Source: an uncultured Thermoplasmatales archaeon (GTDB taxonomy: Archaea; Thermoplasmatota; E2; DHVEG-1). Taken from it: DNA of 61,499 nucleotides. The DNA lies in NCBI GenBank assembly GCA_964627915.1, contig CAZVKY010000001.1, positions 6,966 to 68,464 on the forward strand. The letters are read 5' to 3'. This document shows, piece after piece, positions 38,682 through 49,158 of the stretch. Position numbers and translations under genes: made by a program. Within the stretch, counting starts at the first letter, position 1. Every line of letters begins with the position of its first letter. The notes beneath the pieces were generated by a model that did no database searches, was not told the origin of the DNA, and worked only from the letters and a program-made list of their open reading frames with translations.

Positions 38682-40949
38682 GTGCATATTCAACATGCGT
38701 ATATTGAGCCAAATGCGGTAGAATTTCGCGAGTATCAAATTAACATTGCTTCCTCAGCTGAGAAGGAAAATTCGTTAGTGGTGCTACCAACAGGATTGGG
38801 AAAAACAATTATCGCTCTTTTTCTAATTGCAAAAAAATTAAAGAACAAAGAAAAAAAGATATTGTTTCTTGCGCCAACAAAACCATTGGTGACTCAACAT
38901 GCAAAAACCCTGACTACATTTTTAACGATTCCAGAAAATGAAATCTCAATTTTTACTGGTGAGGTTTCACCTGAAAAACGAAAAAAACAATGGACTAATT
39001 CCCGTGTAATTATTTCTACTCCTCAAGTCATTGAAAATGATTTGCTTTCTCATCGAATTTCATTAGCTGATGTTTCTTTTCTTATTTTTGATGAAGCTCA
39101 TCATGCCACGGGGAAATACGCCTATGTTTTTATCGCGGAAATGTATCAAAAACAATCTACTTCTCATCATATTCTTGGGATAACGGCTTCACCTGGTCGG
39201 GAAATGGATAAAATCCTTGATGTTTGCGCTAACCTATTTATTAAAAACGTGGAGATTCGAACCAAGTATGATGCTGATGTGAAACCCTATGTTCATGATC
39301 TTCATATGTCCTGGGAACAGGTTTCGGTTCCTGCTGATTTTTCTTATGCGATTAAACTTTTTAACAAAGCATTGAAGAAAAGATTGAATTTTCTTCATGA
39401 TTTACAACTTATTGAGTCATCTTCATTAACAAGAATTTCAAAGAAGAAATTAATTGATGCACAAAAAACGATTCAAACCGAGATTAGATCTCGCTCAAAT
39501 CCCCCTAAAACATTGTATCAAGCTGCTGCGATGCAAAGTGAAGCATTAAAACTTCTTTATGGGAAAGAATTATTGGAAACCCAGGGTGTTGACTCTGTTA
39601 AACGTTATTTTCATCGCATCAGAAAGGAAGCAGGAACAAAAACTGGGAGTAAATCAGCAAAGAATCTGATGACTGATACCACCGTCATTGAAATGCTAGC
39701 TTATCTAAATACCATGAGAAGTGAACATCCAAAACTGGGAAAAGTAAAAGATATTGTTACTAGTCAGTTAGAAGATTCACCTTCTTCAAAAATTATTATT
39801 TTCACTCATTTTCGGGATACTGCAGCAATGGTAACTGAGATGTTATCATCAGTTCAGGGAGTTAGCCCAGTTCGTTTTGTTGGTCAAAGTGGAAAAGGTG
39901 ATGATAAGGGATTAACGCAAAAACAACAAACCCAGATCGTTTCAGATTTTAAAGAAGGCAAGTATAATGTGCTCATTGCGACCAGTGTAGCTGAAGAGGG
40001 CCTAGATATTCCTTCCACGGATTTAGTTGTTTTCTATGAACCTATTCCCTCTGAAATAAGAAATATACAACGGAGAGGACGGACCGCTCGGAAAATGCCA
40101 GGTAGTATTATCATTCTTATTACCAAGGGCACTGCTGATGAAGGCTATTTTTGGGCATCAAAACGTCGAGAAAAACAGATGAGAAATGATCTTGAATTAT
40201 TACGATCAAAACTAGATAAAGAATTTGAATCAGCTCAGCGAATGAAACAAAAAAAAGAAAAAAAACCTCAACGAAGTCTTCGTGAATATGAACCAAAAAA
40301 ATCAAAAGTGATTATTGCAGTTGATCATCGAGAATATCGTTCTTCTGTTGTCCGTCGACTTGCACGGAAAGGTGTAGCGGTTGCTGCAAAACAATTGGAT
40401 GTAGCTGATTATGTGCTTTCCTCTCGAATTGGTGTTGAACGAAAACAAGTTGATGATTTTTTGAATTCTTTAATCAATGGCAAATTGTTTCGACAGGTTC
40501 AGCAGTTACGGCAAGCATATGCTCGACCATTGATGATTATTGAAGGAACTGGGTTATTAACTAAGAGAAATATTAATCATCATGCTATTTTTGGTAGTTT
40601 TATTTCTATTATTGTTGATTATGGTGTCTCTATTATTACCACTGAAAATGCTGCTGATACCGCTGATTTATTATATGTTACAGCAAAGCGTGAACAACGA
40701 AAAAAAAACAAGGATGTAGCAATAAGAGGAGACAAACCGGTGCTTTCCCCATCTCAACAGCAACAGTTCATAGTGGAGGGTTTTCCTCAAGTCTCTTCAG
40801 TAATCGCAAAGAGATTACTTTATCATTTTGGCAATATCCGATCGATTGTGAATGCATCTGAACAGGAATTACAGGAGGTAAATGGTGTAGGCAAAAAGAT
40901 CGCTGGGGCTATTTTTGAAATGTTAAATAAAGAATATGGAGAGGAGTAA
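38682..40949 (+). CDS. hef: Hef helicase-nuclease (long euryarchaeal form: SF2 helicase + ERCC4 nuclease + HhH2)
   Basis: LPTGLGKT (Walker A), IFDEAHHA (DEAH), QRRGRTAR (motif VI), C-terminal VDHRE...GVERK nuclease motif and a terminal HhH pair. Confidence 0.85.
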   Translation: MHIQHAYIEPNAVEFREYQINIASSAEKENSLVVLPTGLGKTIIALFLIAKKLKNKEKKILFLAPTKPLVTQHAKTLTTFLTIPENEISIFTGEVSPEKRKKQWTNSRVIISTPQVIENDLLSHRISLADVSFLIFDEAHHATGKYAYVFIAEMYQKQSTSHHILGITASPGREMDKILDVCANLFIKNVEIRTKYDADVKPYVHDLHMSWEQVSVPADFSYAIKLFNKALKKRLNFLHDLQLIESSSLTRISKKKLIDAQKTIQTEIRSRSNPPKTLYQAAAMQSEALKLLYGKELLETQGVDSVKRYFHRIRKEAGTKTGSKSAKNLMTDTTVIEMLAYLNTMRSEHPKLGKVKDIVTSQLEDSPSSKIIIFTHFRDTAAMVTEMLSSVQGVSPVRFVGQSGKGDDKGLTQKQQTQIVSDFKEGKYNVLIATSVAEEGLDIPSTDLVVFYEPIPSEIRNIQRRGRTARKMPGSIIILITKGTADEGYFWASKRREKQMRNDLELLRSKLDKEFESAQRMKQKKEKKPQRSLREYEPKKSKVIIAVDHREYRSSVVRRLARKGVAVAAKQLDVADYVLSSRIGVERKQVDDFLNSLINGKLFRQVQQLRQAYARPLMIIEGTGLLTKRNINHHAIFGSFISIIVDYGVSIITTENAADTADLLYVTAKREQRKKNKDVAIRGDKPVLSPSQQQQFIVEGFPQVSSVIAKRLLYHFGNIRSIVNASEQELQEVNGVGKKIAGAIFEMLNKEYGEE

Positions 40950-41019
40950 TCGGTCCCAAACGTTTTTATCATAACGTGTGATACAGTGCTCGATTTATTT
41001 AAAAAACAGGTGATGATCC

Positions 41020-41271
41020 ATGGCAGATGAAATCATAGCTCAAATATGTGATGGATTAGATATGCTTAATGAAGATACATCTATTCCCCGTAACATTAGA
41101 CGTGGTGCTGAAGAAATTAAATCCTTATTGTTAAAAGAGGCTGATCCTCTTGATGTTCGTGTAGCGTCAGCTACCTCTCGTTTGGATGAATTAGCAAATG
41201 ATCCAAATATTCCTTTGCATGGAAGAACGCTTATTTGGAATATCATGAGTCGTCTAGAGGAATTAGCATAA
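41020..41271 (+). CDS. UPF0147-family small protein
   Basis: 83 aa. DTSIPRNIRRGAEE...DPNIPLHGRTLIWNI matches my recollection of archaeal UPF0147. Confidence 0.7.
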   Translation: MADEIIAQICDGLDMLNEDTSIPRNIRRGAEEIKSLLLKEADPLDVRVASATSRLDELANDPNIPLHGRTLIWNIMSRLEELA

Positions 41272-41353
41272 TTTTTCAGTCGTTACATCACATCAAAAGA
41301 TACTTATATGGTGTTATCTAAGTGAACAGTAGAAATTATTGAATAAAAGGTTG

Positions 41354-42229
41354 ATGAGTGATATGATTCGTATAGGACCAGCAGGAATTCCGCTTTCGTG
41401 TAAAGGCCGGACGAATAGAGATGGGTTAATGTATACCCGGGAGATTTTGGATTTAAATGTCATGGAAGTGCAATTTGTCCGTGGATTATATGTTATGGAG
41501 GAGGAAGAAGCAATTTTTATGCGGGAGTATTCCCAAGAACATGATGTGGAACTTCATGTTCATGCTCCCTATTATATCAATCTTGCGAGTGATGATGAAG
41601 TGGAGTTGAGTTTTGAAAAAGCAAAAAGTTCTGCTGTTCTTGCTGATATGATGGGAGCAAACACCGTGATTCTTCATCCAGGATATTATGGGGATAAAAC
41701 AAACGAGGAAACCCTTGATAAAATTGTCAGTAATACAAAAAAACTGGTTTCCCTGCTAAAGAAGGAGGGCCTCTCTGTTAATATTGGACTTGAGACCATG
41801 GGGAAACAGAAAGTTTTTGGGAGTCTTGATGAAATTGTTTCTGTTTGCCAGAAGGTTAAAGAGATTGTTCCAGTGATTGATGTTGGTCATATTCATGCTC
41901 GTGGAGATGGTTGTTTGAAATCAAAAGAAGATTTTCAAGAGGTTTTTGATACCTTAGAGAAATTAAACCTTAATCATTATTTGATTCATGTCACTGGTGT
42001 ATTGTATGAACAGGGAAATGAACAATATCATCTTCCTATTAAAAAGGGTGATATGCCATTAAGCCCATTGATTGATGTTATTTTGGATAATAAATATAAT
42101 GTATCACTTGTTTCTGAATCACCATTACTTGAACATGATGCGGTATATATGCGGTTGCAGGTTGAAAAAGCGATTATGAAACGAACTGGTGGGGATGAAG
42201 CAGATTATCGGGATCTTTCGGGGATCTAA
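41354..42229 (+). CDS. endonuclease IV-like TIM-barrel (AP endonuclease 2 / xylose isomerase-like fold)
   Basis: IGPAGIP..., HAPYYINLAS, VILHPGYY, GLETMG, DVGHIHA. Metal-ligand spacing like Nfo. ATG at 41354 preferred over TTG 41339. Confidence 0.7.
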   Translation: MSDMIRIGPAGIPLSCKGRTNRDGLMYTREILDLNVMEVQFVRGLYVMEEEEAIFMREYSQEHDVELHVHAPYYINLASDDEVELSFEKAKSSAVLADMMGANTVILHPGYYGDKTNEETLDKIVSNTKKLVSLLKKEGLSVNIGLETMGKQKVFGSLDEIVSVCQKVKEIVPVIDVGHIHARGDGCLKSKEDFQEVFDTLEKLNLNHYLIHVTGVLYEQGNEQYHLPIKKGDMPLSPLIDVILDNKYNVSLVSESPLLEHDAVYMRLQVEKAIMKRTGGDEADYRDLSGI

Positions 42230-42804
42230 TGAAGCATCAAATGAAAAATGACGCCGTTTTTTCAGAGTCAGTTCAGTATATTCAACGGAAAGTTCAGGAT
42301 ATTTTAAAAACGGTTTCTCAAGAGGATGTTGATCAGGTAAAAAAACTGTTTTTTAAAGCAAATCATGTTTTTGTGTATGGTGCAGGAAGATCAGGTCTGG
42401 TTGCCAAAGCATTTGCTATTCGGTTGGTTCATCTTGGTTTTCAAGCATTTGTCGTTGGTGAAACAATTACTATCCCGGTTCAAGAAGGTGATTTAGTGAT
42501 TATTGTTTCTGGTTCTGGTGAAACCATTCCTGCGGTGATGACTGCTGAAATTGCTCATAATTTAAAGGCGAAAGTGGTTTCAATCACCGGTAAGAAGGAT
42601 TCAGATATTGATCAGTTTGCTGATATTACCTTGTTTGTTTCAGCTGGTTGTAATGAAGAACAAAGAAAACGGTGTGCACCGTTGGGGACATTGTTTGAGG
42701 CGAGTGTTTGGATTTTATTGGATGGTCTCATCGCTGATTTGTTAGATAGTAAAAATGAGACAGAGGAAACCATGCGCAAACGTCATGCTACTCTTCAAGG
42801 ATGA
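42229..42804 (+). CDS. 6-phospho-3-hexuloisomerase (SIS domain)
   Basis: VFVYGAGRSGLVAKAFAIRLVHLGF...VIIVSGSGET. Start overlaps the upstream stop (TAATG). Confidence 0.75.
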   Translation: MKHQMKNDAVFSESVQYIQRKVQDILKTVSQEDVDQVKKLFFKANHVFVYGAGRSGLVAKAFAIRLVHLGFQAFVVGETITIPVQEGDLVIIVSGSGETIPAVMTAEIAHNLKAKVVSITGKKDSDIDQFADITLFVSAGCNEEQRKRCAPLGTLFEASVWILLDGLIADLLDSKNETEETMRKRHATLQG

Positions 42805-42825
42805 AAATGATAAGAAAGATGTTTT

Positions 42826-43092
42826 TTAATTATTGGCGATATTGTTTTCGCTAACCATAAAATCTTCTATTTCCCGAATTTCTTTAGTAAATGAGGCTAC
42901 ATCGATTAATTCGATTTCCTCCTCATCATCTTCCATGAGGTTGAGTTCACGGTATCGTTGTCGTAATGATTCCTGAAGTCCTCGGTAAAAAACATCTTGT
43001 GCTGAAAGACCAAGTTTTTTGAGAAGATTCTTTTTTTCCTTTGGTATATCGATTACTATTTTGTCATTATCCATTAGAGAAAACTCCACCAT
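42826..43092 (-). CDS. hypothetical small acidic protein
   Basis: 88 aa ORF. A possible ribbon-helix-helix-like N-terminus (VIDIPKEKKNLLKKLGL) is only a guess. Confidence 0.45.
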   Translation of the reverse strand: MVEFSLMDNDKIVIDIPKEKKNLLKKLGLSAQDVFYRGLQESLRQRYRELNLMEDDEEEIELIDVASFTKEIREIEDFMVSENNIANN

Positions 43093-43257
43093 TTTTTTTA
43101 ATTACTATTGAAAATGATATGTAATTTAAATACTTTTGTATAGATAAAGATTGCATAGCTTTTCGATGTTGAAATCATCAATGTAAAAAAGAAGAAAAAT
43201 CAAATCTATTCAGTTTTCAATAAAGATAATATAGAGGACTTTTCATTTGGTCTAGTT

Positions 43258-44523
43258 GTGTTTGAAATACCTCGTGGAACAAGGGATTTTTCTCCCAGTC
43301 AAATGAATCAGCGTAGATTTGTTGAAAGCAAAATTCGTAGTGTTTTTGAATCCTATGGTTATACTGAGATTCAGACCCCTACTTTTGAGCATCTTGATTT
43401 ATTCACTGAGAAATCTGGTGATCAGATTTTAGATGAACTATACTCCTTTACTGATAAAGGAGGAAGAAATCTAGCGTTACGTCCGGAGTTAACTGCTCCG
43501 GTTATTCGTTTTTATGTGAATAAGCTTCAGATGGAACCAAAGCCATTGAAATTGTTTTATTTTGGTAATTGTTTCCGTTATGATCGGCCTCAGAAAGGAA
43601 GGTATCGAGAGTTCATGCAAGCAGGGTGTGAACTTATTGGAACAGGTCAACCTGAAGCAATCGCAGAATTGATTAGTATGGCTTCGGCACTGATCTCCTC
43701 GGTGGGTTTACATAATATCAATCTTCATATTGGAGATTTATCTTTGCTGAAACAAGTCTTTCTTTATTTTTCAATTTCAGATGAAACTCAATCATTATTG
43801 ATTCCTGCTATTGACAAGGAAGAGTTTGATGAGGTTGAAACAATTCTAATTACGGCAGGATTACCCCAAGAAAAAATTACTGCTTTTCTTAATATTCTTC
43901 GATCAGATGATCTTGATAAGATCAAAAAAATGTTAGAAACGGATGCTCAAGCAGAAAAGATCATTGATCGGTTACAAAAGGTTATGTCTTTTTTAAAAGA
44001 ATCCTTTCAATTGACTAATGTCAGCTTGAATCTGGGGATCGTTCGTGGGTTAGATTATTATACGGGTATTGTTTTTGAAATTGAAGCACCTGCTCTTGGA
44101 GCTGAAAAACAGATTTGTGGTGGAGGGGAATACCGTCTTATCAATCTTTTTGGTGGAAGAGATACGCCTACAGCTGGGTTTGCTTTGGGTTTTGATCGAA
44201 CTATTTTAGCAATGCAACTTGAGAAAATTGATTTTCCATCTGAATTTCTTGATTATTTTATTATCCCGGTTGATGATGATCTTATATCTGATGCCATTTC
44301 AATTGCTCAACGCCTGCGAAATAAGCAGTATAACGTTGATATTGATTTAAAACGCCGTGGCATTGGAAAAGCCTTGAAATATGCAAATTATCGAAATGCT
44401 AAAGAGGTCCTTCTTCTGGGTCCTGATGAAAAACAACAACAAGCAGTGATTATTCGAAACATGAATTCTGGTGAGCAAAGATTGGTTTTCTTATCTGATT
44501 TTTTTAAGAAAGAGGACCAATAG
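43258..44523 (+). CDS. hisS: histidine-tRNA ligase
   Basis: GTG start. PRGTRDF, LRPELTAP, CFRYDRPQKGRYREFMQAGCELIG (class II motif 2), GGGEY..L. Confidence 0.9.
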   Translation: MFEIPRGTRDFSPSQMNQRRFVESKIRSVFESYGYTEIQTPTFEHLDLFTEKSGDQILDELYSFTDKGGRNLALRPELTAPVIRFYVNKLQMEPKPLKLFYFGNCFRYDRPQKGRYREFMQAGCELIGTGQPEAIAELISMASALISSVGLHNINLHIGDLSLLKQVFLYFSISDETQSLLIPAIDKEEFDEVETILITAGLPQEKITAFLNILRSDDLDKIKKMLETDAQAEKIIDRLQKVMSFLKESFQLTNVSLNLGIVRGLDYYTGIVFEIEAPALGAEKQICGGGEYRLINLFGGRDTPTAGFALGFDRTILAMQLEKIDFPSEFLDYFIIPVDDDLISDAISIAQRLRNKQYNVDIDLKRRGIGKALKYANYRNAKEVLLLGPDEKQQQAVIIRNMNSGEQRLVFLSDFFKKEDQ

Positions 44524-44607
44524 TTTTATATCTGATAAAATCACAGAATAAGATAAAGATATTGTTTTTGATGATTGGTGAATTAATTGAGTAAAGAAAA
44601 GAAGCAT

Positions 44608-45135
44608 ATGATGTATTTGATTGATACTTCTGCGATTCTTTCTGGAAAACCATTTTATAATCAATCAATTTCTTTGATGACCACCCCATTGATTGCTCAT
44701 GAGTTTTCCCCTGGCGGAAAAGATTTTGCTCTTTTTCAACTCTTGAAACAAAAGGGATTAATCATTCGTTCACCTCTTAAGGATTCACAGAAAAAAGTTT
44801 TTGAATTAGTAAAAAAACAGGGTGAACGTTCTCGTTTATCAGATGCGGATTGTGAACTTCTAGCTCTTGCCTATGAGATTAAAAATGAAAACACCTACCA
44901 ACCTATTATTCTTACAGATGATTACGCCATGCAGAATATGGCTGATTTTTTAGATATTTCATTTCAATCATTAAGTCAAAAAGGAATTACAAAAAGGTTT
45001 AAATGGCAATCTCGATGTCGTGGATGCGGTCGAATAGTTGATTCACAGATGAAAGAATGCCCCATCTGCGGCTCTGACCTTGTTCAAGTCGTGGTGAAAA
45101 AAGAACCGGTGAAAAAACAGAAACGTGATCAATAA
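44608..45135 (+). CDS. nob1: Nob1-type endonuclease (PIN domain + C-terminal zinc ribbon)
   Basis: MMYLIDTSAI (PIN acidic residue), LTDDYAMQN, CRGCGR...CPICGS zinc ribbon. Confidence 0.75.
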   Translation: MMYLIDTSAILSGKPFYNQSISLMTTPLIAHEFSPGGKDFALFQLLKQKGLIIRSPLKDSQKKVFELVKKQGERSRLSDADCELLALAYEIKNENTYQPIILTDDYAMQNMADFLDISFQSLSQKGITKRFKWQSRCRGCGRIVDSQMKECPICGSDLVQVVVKKEPVKKQKRDQ

Positions 45136-45992
45136 TGGCAGTTGAAGATCTTAAAAAATCATTGATAAAGTTTTGGCGAAGCGATGATGAAAAAATCTCT
45201 TTTATTCGAGATATTTTAGTAGCTATTTTTGTGGTCACCATTATTCTAATGTTACTTTGGGGATATACTGGTCAGTGGTTAGCTGCTCCCATGGTTGCTA
45301 TTGAATCCGGCAGCATGATGCATCTTGATGAACCATTTGGTCGGATTGGAACCATTGATGCAGGAGATATGGTTCTTTTAGTTGATGTTGGCAGTAAAGC
45401 TGATATTGTTACCAGAGGAAGTTCATTAGGTGGTGAAATGGCTAAGGGAGCTGGTGGTTATCAATCCTATGGTGATTATGGTGATGTGATCATTTATCGA
45501 AAATATGGTCGAACTGATGAGGATCAAATCATTCATCGAGCGATCTGCTGGGTTTCGGTTGATCATGATGGAAATCAAACCACATATACTGTTACAGAAT
45601 ATGGATTATATGATGTAAAAGCAATTAATATTCCATCTATTGGATTGAGTAATTATAAACCATCCCATGAAGGCTATATTACAAAGGGTGATAATCCCCG
45701 TACCAATGATCGATGTGATCAAGCAGGTGGTATATGTAGTGAACCTATTCTTGTCTCCTGGGTAACAGGTAAAGCCCGTGGGGAGCTTCCCTGGGTGGGA
45801 ACCGTGAATTTGTTGTTTAATGATATCCTCAATGGCGCTTTCTGGGATGCTTCAGTGCAACCAACCGTGTATAATGTACCTGAGGATTGTATTATCTGTT
45901 TAGTGATTTTGATCATCATCTTGGTATCTATTCCAATTTCTCTAGATGCATATGAGTATCTGCAAAATAAAAAACAGCAAAAGCAGATTTAA
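45135..45992 (+). CDS. signal peptidase I, archaeal/ER (Sec11, S26B) type
   Basis: N-terminal TM, IESGSMMH (catalytic Ser box), IIHRAI (His box), C-terminal TM. ATG overlaps the nob1 stop (TAATG). Confidence 0.75.
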   Translation: MAVEDLKKSLIKFWRSDDEKISFIRDILVAIFVVTIILMLLWGYTGQWLAAPMVAIESGSMMHLDEPFGRIGTIDAGDMVLLVDVGSKADIVTRGSSLGGEMAKGAGGYQSYGDYGDVIIYRKYGRTDEDQIIHRAICWVSVDHDGNQTTYTVTEYGLYDVKAINIPSIGLSNYKPSHEGYITKGDNPRTNDRCDQAGGICSEPILVSWVTGKARGELPWVGTVNLLFNDILNGAFWDASVQPTVYNVPEDCIICLVILIIILVSIPISLDAYEYLQNKKQQKQI

Positions 45993-45999
45993 CGGGTTT

Positions 46000-46713
46000 T
46001 TATTCGTTGTTATACCAAGGAGGATACGAGGAATAAGGAAGTGGATCCTGTATCTCTGCTTCTTTGAATCCTTTTAATCGTAAAAGACAGGAATCACAGT
46101 GTCCGCATGCTTTTTTTTCTCCATTGTAGCATGACCATGTTTTTTCAAAGGGAACATCTAGTTTGTTTCCTTTTTGCACGATTTCCTTTTTTGAGAGATG
46201 TAATAGAGGAGTCTTAATGGTGACCGGGTTACCTTCTACGGATCGTTTTGTGGCTAAATTAGCAAGCTGTTGATATGCTTTTATATATTCAGGTCGACAG
46301 TCGGGATATCCGGAATAATCAGATGCAGTTACACCAATAAAAATAGCATCTGCTTTTTTTGTTTCAGCATATGATAATGCTATTGATAAAAAAATGGTGT
46401 TTCGTGCGGGAACATAGGTTGAAGGAATAATGTTACCAATGCCTTCTACAGATTCTGGTTTAGGTATTGATTCATTTGTTTTTTTTAAAAGAGATGATCC
46501 ACCAAAGAGATCAAGAGATAAGTCAAAGAAGAGATGTTCATTTACGGATAAGGTTTGTGCAATCCTTTTTGCTGCCTGTATTTCTTTTTGATGTTGTTGA
46601 CCATATCGAAAAGAGAGCGCATAACAATTAATGAAACCCTCTTGTTTGGCCATATAAGCACTCACTGATGAATCCAGGCCGCCTGAGAGGAGAAGAACTG
46701 CGTTTTGAGCCAT
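46000..46713 (-). CDS. queC: 7-cyano-7-deazaguanine (preQ0) synthase
   Basis: MAQNAVLLLSGGLDSSV PP-loop, C-terminal CGHCDSCLLR zinc motif. Start set at ATG 46711-46713. Confidence 0.9.
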   Translation of the reverse strand: MAQNAVLLLSGGLDSSVSAYMAKQEGFINCYALSFRYGQQHQKEIQAAKRIAQTLSVNEHLFFDLSLDLFGGSSLLKKTNESIPKPESVEGIGNIIPSTYVPARNTIFLSIALSYAETKKADAIFIGVTASDYSGYPDCRPEYIKAYQQLANLATKRSVEGNPVTIKTPLLHLSKKEIVQKGNKLDVPFEKTWSCYNGEKKACGHCDSCLLRLKGFKEAEIQDPLPYSSYPPWYNNE

Positions 46714-46726
46714 TTTTTCATTCAAC

Positions 46727-47215
46727 CTATTTATTAATATCTTTTTGTACTCGTGCTCCTTGTCCGTATCCTTCATCCACTCCTATTTCTATTGATGTAA
46801 TATTTTTTTCTGGTTTAAGTTGATCAATAAAAGTATTTAAGATGTATAGCGCAAGATTTTCAGCTGATGTGGATGGAATTGGAAGAAGTACGCAATCACT
46901 TAATGGAAATACATATGTTTTCCCCAGTGAATGAACCGTGATATCTGAATTTTCCTGAGTAATCGTAACGACGGTACTTTCAGTAGGGATGAGGATTTTA
47001 TGGTCTAAGGTGTTTGCAATCTTTCGTAGTATTTGTTTAATCACGGAGAAATCTGCGATAATTCCTTTTTCATCTGGTTTTCCAAAAATTTTACTTTGGA
47101 TGGCATAGGTATGACCATGTAACCGTCCACATTTTTCATATTCAGGGATGATGTGAGCTGAGGAAAACCGAAGATGAGCGTTCCATCCGTTAACAGCGAT
47201 ATATGATCTATTCAT
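46727..47215 (-). CDS. queD: 6-carboxy-5,6,7,8-tetrahydropterin synthase
   Basis: FSSAHIIPEYEKCGRLHGHTY motif (PTPS/QueD). 162 aa. Confidence 0.85.
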   Translation of the reverse strand: MNRSYIAVNGWNAHLRFSSAHIIPEYEKCGRLHGHTYAIQSKIFGKPDEKGIIADFSVIKQILRKIANTLDHKILIPTESTVVTITQENSDITVHSLGKTYVFPLSDCVLLPIPSTSAENLALYILNTFIDQLKPEKNITSIEIGVDEGYGQGARVQKDINK

Positions 47216-47398
47216 GATAATCCCAAATAAATCTGCTTTCTTTTAAAAGCGAAGAATTGCGGGCTGTATTTTAATTTTTGGTCAGTTCGGCAAACAAATT
47301 CTTGAATAGAGATTAAAAAATGAGGGAAATTGCTTTGTTTTCAAGGAAACAATTATAATAGGGTGAACGGTTATCCCTTACGGAAGGGTTGATTGAAT

Positions 47399-47830
47399 AT
47401 GGTGGACATTCTTTCATTATTGATAGGTTTTGGCATCGGCGTAGTTGTTGTTGCTATTGCTATTGAATTTGGAACGAAAAAAACAACAACTGAATCACCA
47501 TCCTCTCGACGCACGGTTGAATGGGATATTTCAGAAGTTGATAATCCTAAGATTATGGCTGAGTATCTTGGAGATGTCCAGATTCCAGCTCAATCCAAGG
47601 TTTTGGTTAATCGATTTAAGGATAAGGATCGTTTCAATGGATTAAATGTAAAACAAAGTAATCATATCGCTGGGAATTATATCCTTGGTGATGATCGAGC
47701 ATTGATTTTATCTGGTCCTATGAAAAAAGATGAACTTGGTTTTTGGACGATTGAAAAAGAAATTGTTGAATCACTTCATCGTGATTTTGATAAGAACTGG
47801 CAGACAGCACAGCGATTAAACGATGAGTAA
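47399..47830 (+). CDS. hypothetical N-terminally anchored protein
   Basis: TM helix ILSLLIGFGIGVVVVAIAIEF, then a soluble domain of about 110 aa with no motif I can name. Confidence 0.5.
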   Translation: MVDILSLLIGFGIGVVVVAIAIEFGTKKTTTESPSSRRTVEWDISEVDNPKIMAEYLGDVQIPAQSKVLVNRFKDKDRFNGLNVKQSNHIAGNYILGDDRALILSGPMKKDELGFWTIEKEIVESLHRDFDKNWQTAQRLNDE

Positions 47831-47841
47831 GGGATGCTATC

Positions 47842-49137
47842 ATGAGCATTCTCATCAACAATGGATTGATACTTACTCAAAATGATCAACGAGATATTTT
47901 CCAAGGTTCTATTTATATAGAAGATTCAACGATTGCTGAGATCTCAAAGAAACCATTGACTGTTGAAGCAGATCTGAACATTGATGCTAGCAAAAAACTG
48001 GTGCTTCCGGGTCTAATTAATACGCATACGCATGTTCCGATGACATTGCTTCGTGGATATGGGGATGATATGGCATTGCAGGAATGGCTTGAAAAAAGGA
48101 TCTGGCCCGTGGAAGCAAAGCTTACTAGTGATAAAGTAGCAGTGGCATCAAAACTAGCGTTTCTTGAGATGATTTCTTCTGGAACCACCCTGTTTCAGGA
48201 TATGTATTTTTTTGAGGATACCATTGCCAAGATTGCTGAACAGATGGGAATGAGAGCAGCACTTGGTTTTGCCTTCATTGATCATGGAACCCCTGAATAC
48301 AATGCAACTGAGCTTTTTCCTGCTTGTAAACGTTTTATTAATCATTGGAAAAATCATGAGTTGATTACTCCTGTGATTGCACCTCATGGAACCTACACCT
48401 GTAGCACGGAGACCTTAGAAAAAATCCGAGATCTTTCTGATTCATCTGATGTTTCAGTGCATACGCATTGTGCAGAAACTAGAGATGAAGTGTATAATGT
48501 TCAGAAAACTTTTGGGAAAAGACCAGTTGAACAATTACAATCCGTGGGTTTACTAAATAACCGGATGAGTTTAGCGCATTGTGGTTGGATAACAAAAAAT
48601 GAGATCCGGGTTATGAAAAATTCTGGTGTCTCGGTTTCTCATTGTCCTGTGAGCAATATGAAGATTGCCACGGGTGGATATGCTCCAGTTCCAGAGTTAC
48701 TTGATGCAGGTGTATCGGTTAGTCTAGGGACAGATGGAGCCGCTAGTAATAATACATTAGATATGTTTGATACGATGAAAATGACTGCACTTGTACATAA
48801 GCAGCATCGTTGGGATTCAAAGGTTCTTCCAGCACAAACCGTGTTTGATTTAGCAACTCGTGGGGGTGCAAAAACGCTTGGTATGGAGCAGGATCTTGGT
48901 TCTCTTGAGGTGGGAAAAAAAGCTGATCTGATCCTCATTGATTTGCTGAAACCTCATTTGACACCCTGTCATGATCCTATTTCACAGGTGATATATGCAG
49001 CAAATGGTGGTGATGTATGTACAACTATCATCCATGGAACACCATTGTATGTTGATTATCATTTTCAGCAGTATGATGTCAAAAACATTATTGAGAATGC
49101 TAGTAAGGCAGCAAAGAATTTAATTAGCACTTCTTAA
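47842..49137 (+). CDS. mtaD: 5-methylthioadenosine/S-adenosylhomocysteine deaminase-type amidohydrolase
   Basis: GLINTHTHVPMTLLRGYGDDMALQEWL, HCAET, SLGTDGAASNN: metal-ligand pattern of MtaD/guanine-deaminase-like amidohydrolases. Confidence 0.8.
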   Translation: MSILINNGLILTQNDQRDIFQGSIYIEDSTIAEISKKPLTVEADLNIDASKKLVLPGLINTHTHVPMTLLRGYGDDMALQEWLEKRIWPVEAKLTSDKVAVASKLAFLEMISSGTTLFQDMYFFEDTIAKIAEQMGMRAALGFAFIDHGTPEYNATELFPACKRFINHWKNHELITPVIAPHGTYTCSTETLEKIRDLSDSSDVSVHTHCAETRDEVYNVQKTFGKRPVEQLQSVGLLNNRMSLAHCGWITKNEIRVMKNSGVSVSHCPVSNMKIATGGYAPVPELLDAGVSVSLGTDGAASNNTLDMFDTMKMTALVHKQHRWDSKVLPAQTVFDLATRGGAKTLGMEQDLGSLEVGKKADLILIDLLKPHLTPCHDPISQVIYAANGGDVCTTIIHGTPLYVDYHFQQYDVKNIIENASKAAKNLISTS

Positions 49138-49158
49138 TGAGGGCATAAGTGGCCAAAT

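Noticed and set aside
46713-46776. Apparent 50-nt overlap between queC and queD in the ORF track.
   Set aside because: It is caused by an upstream in-frame ATG. The conserved QueC N-terminus begins at MAQNAVLLLSGGLDS (ATG 46711-46713), which leaves a 13-nt gap.
47216-47392. Possible preQ1-type riboswitch or structured leader upstream of queD.
   Set aside because: The region is AT-rich with a TTTAAAAG box close to the ATG, consistent with a short or leaderless archaeal transcript. I saw no stable conserved-looking helices.
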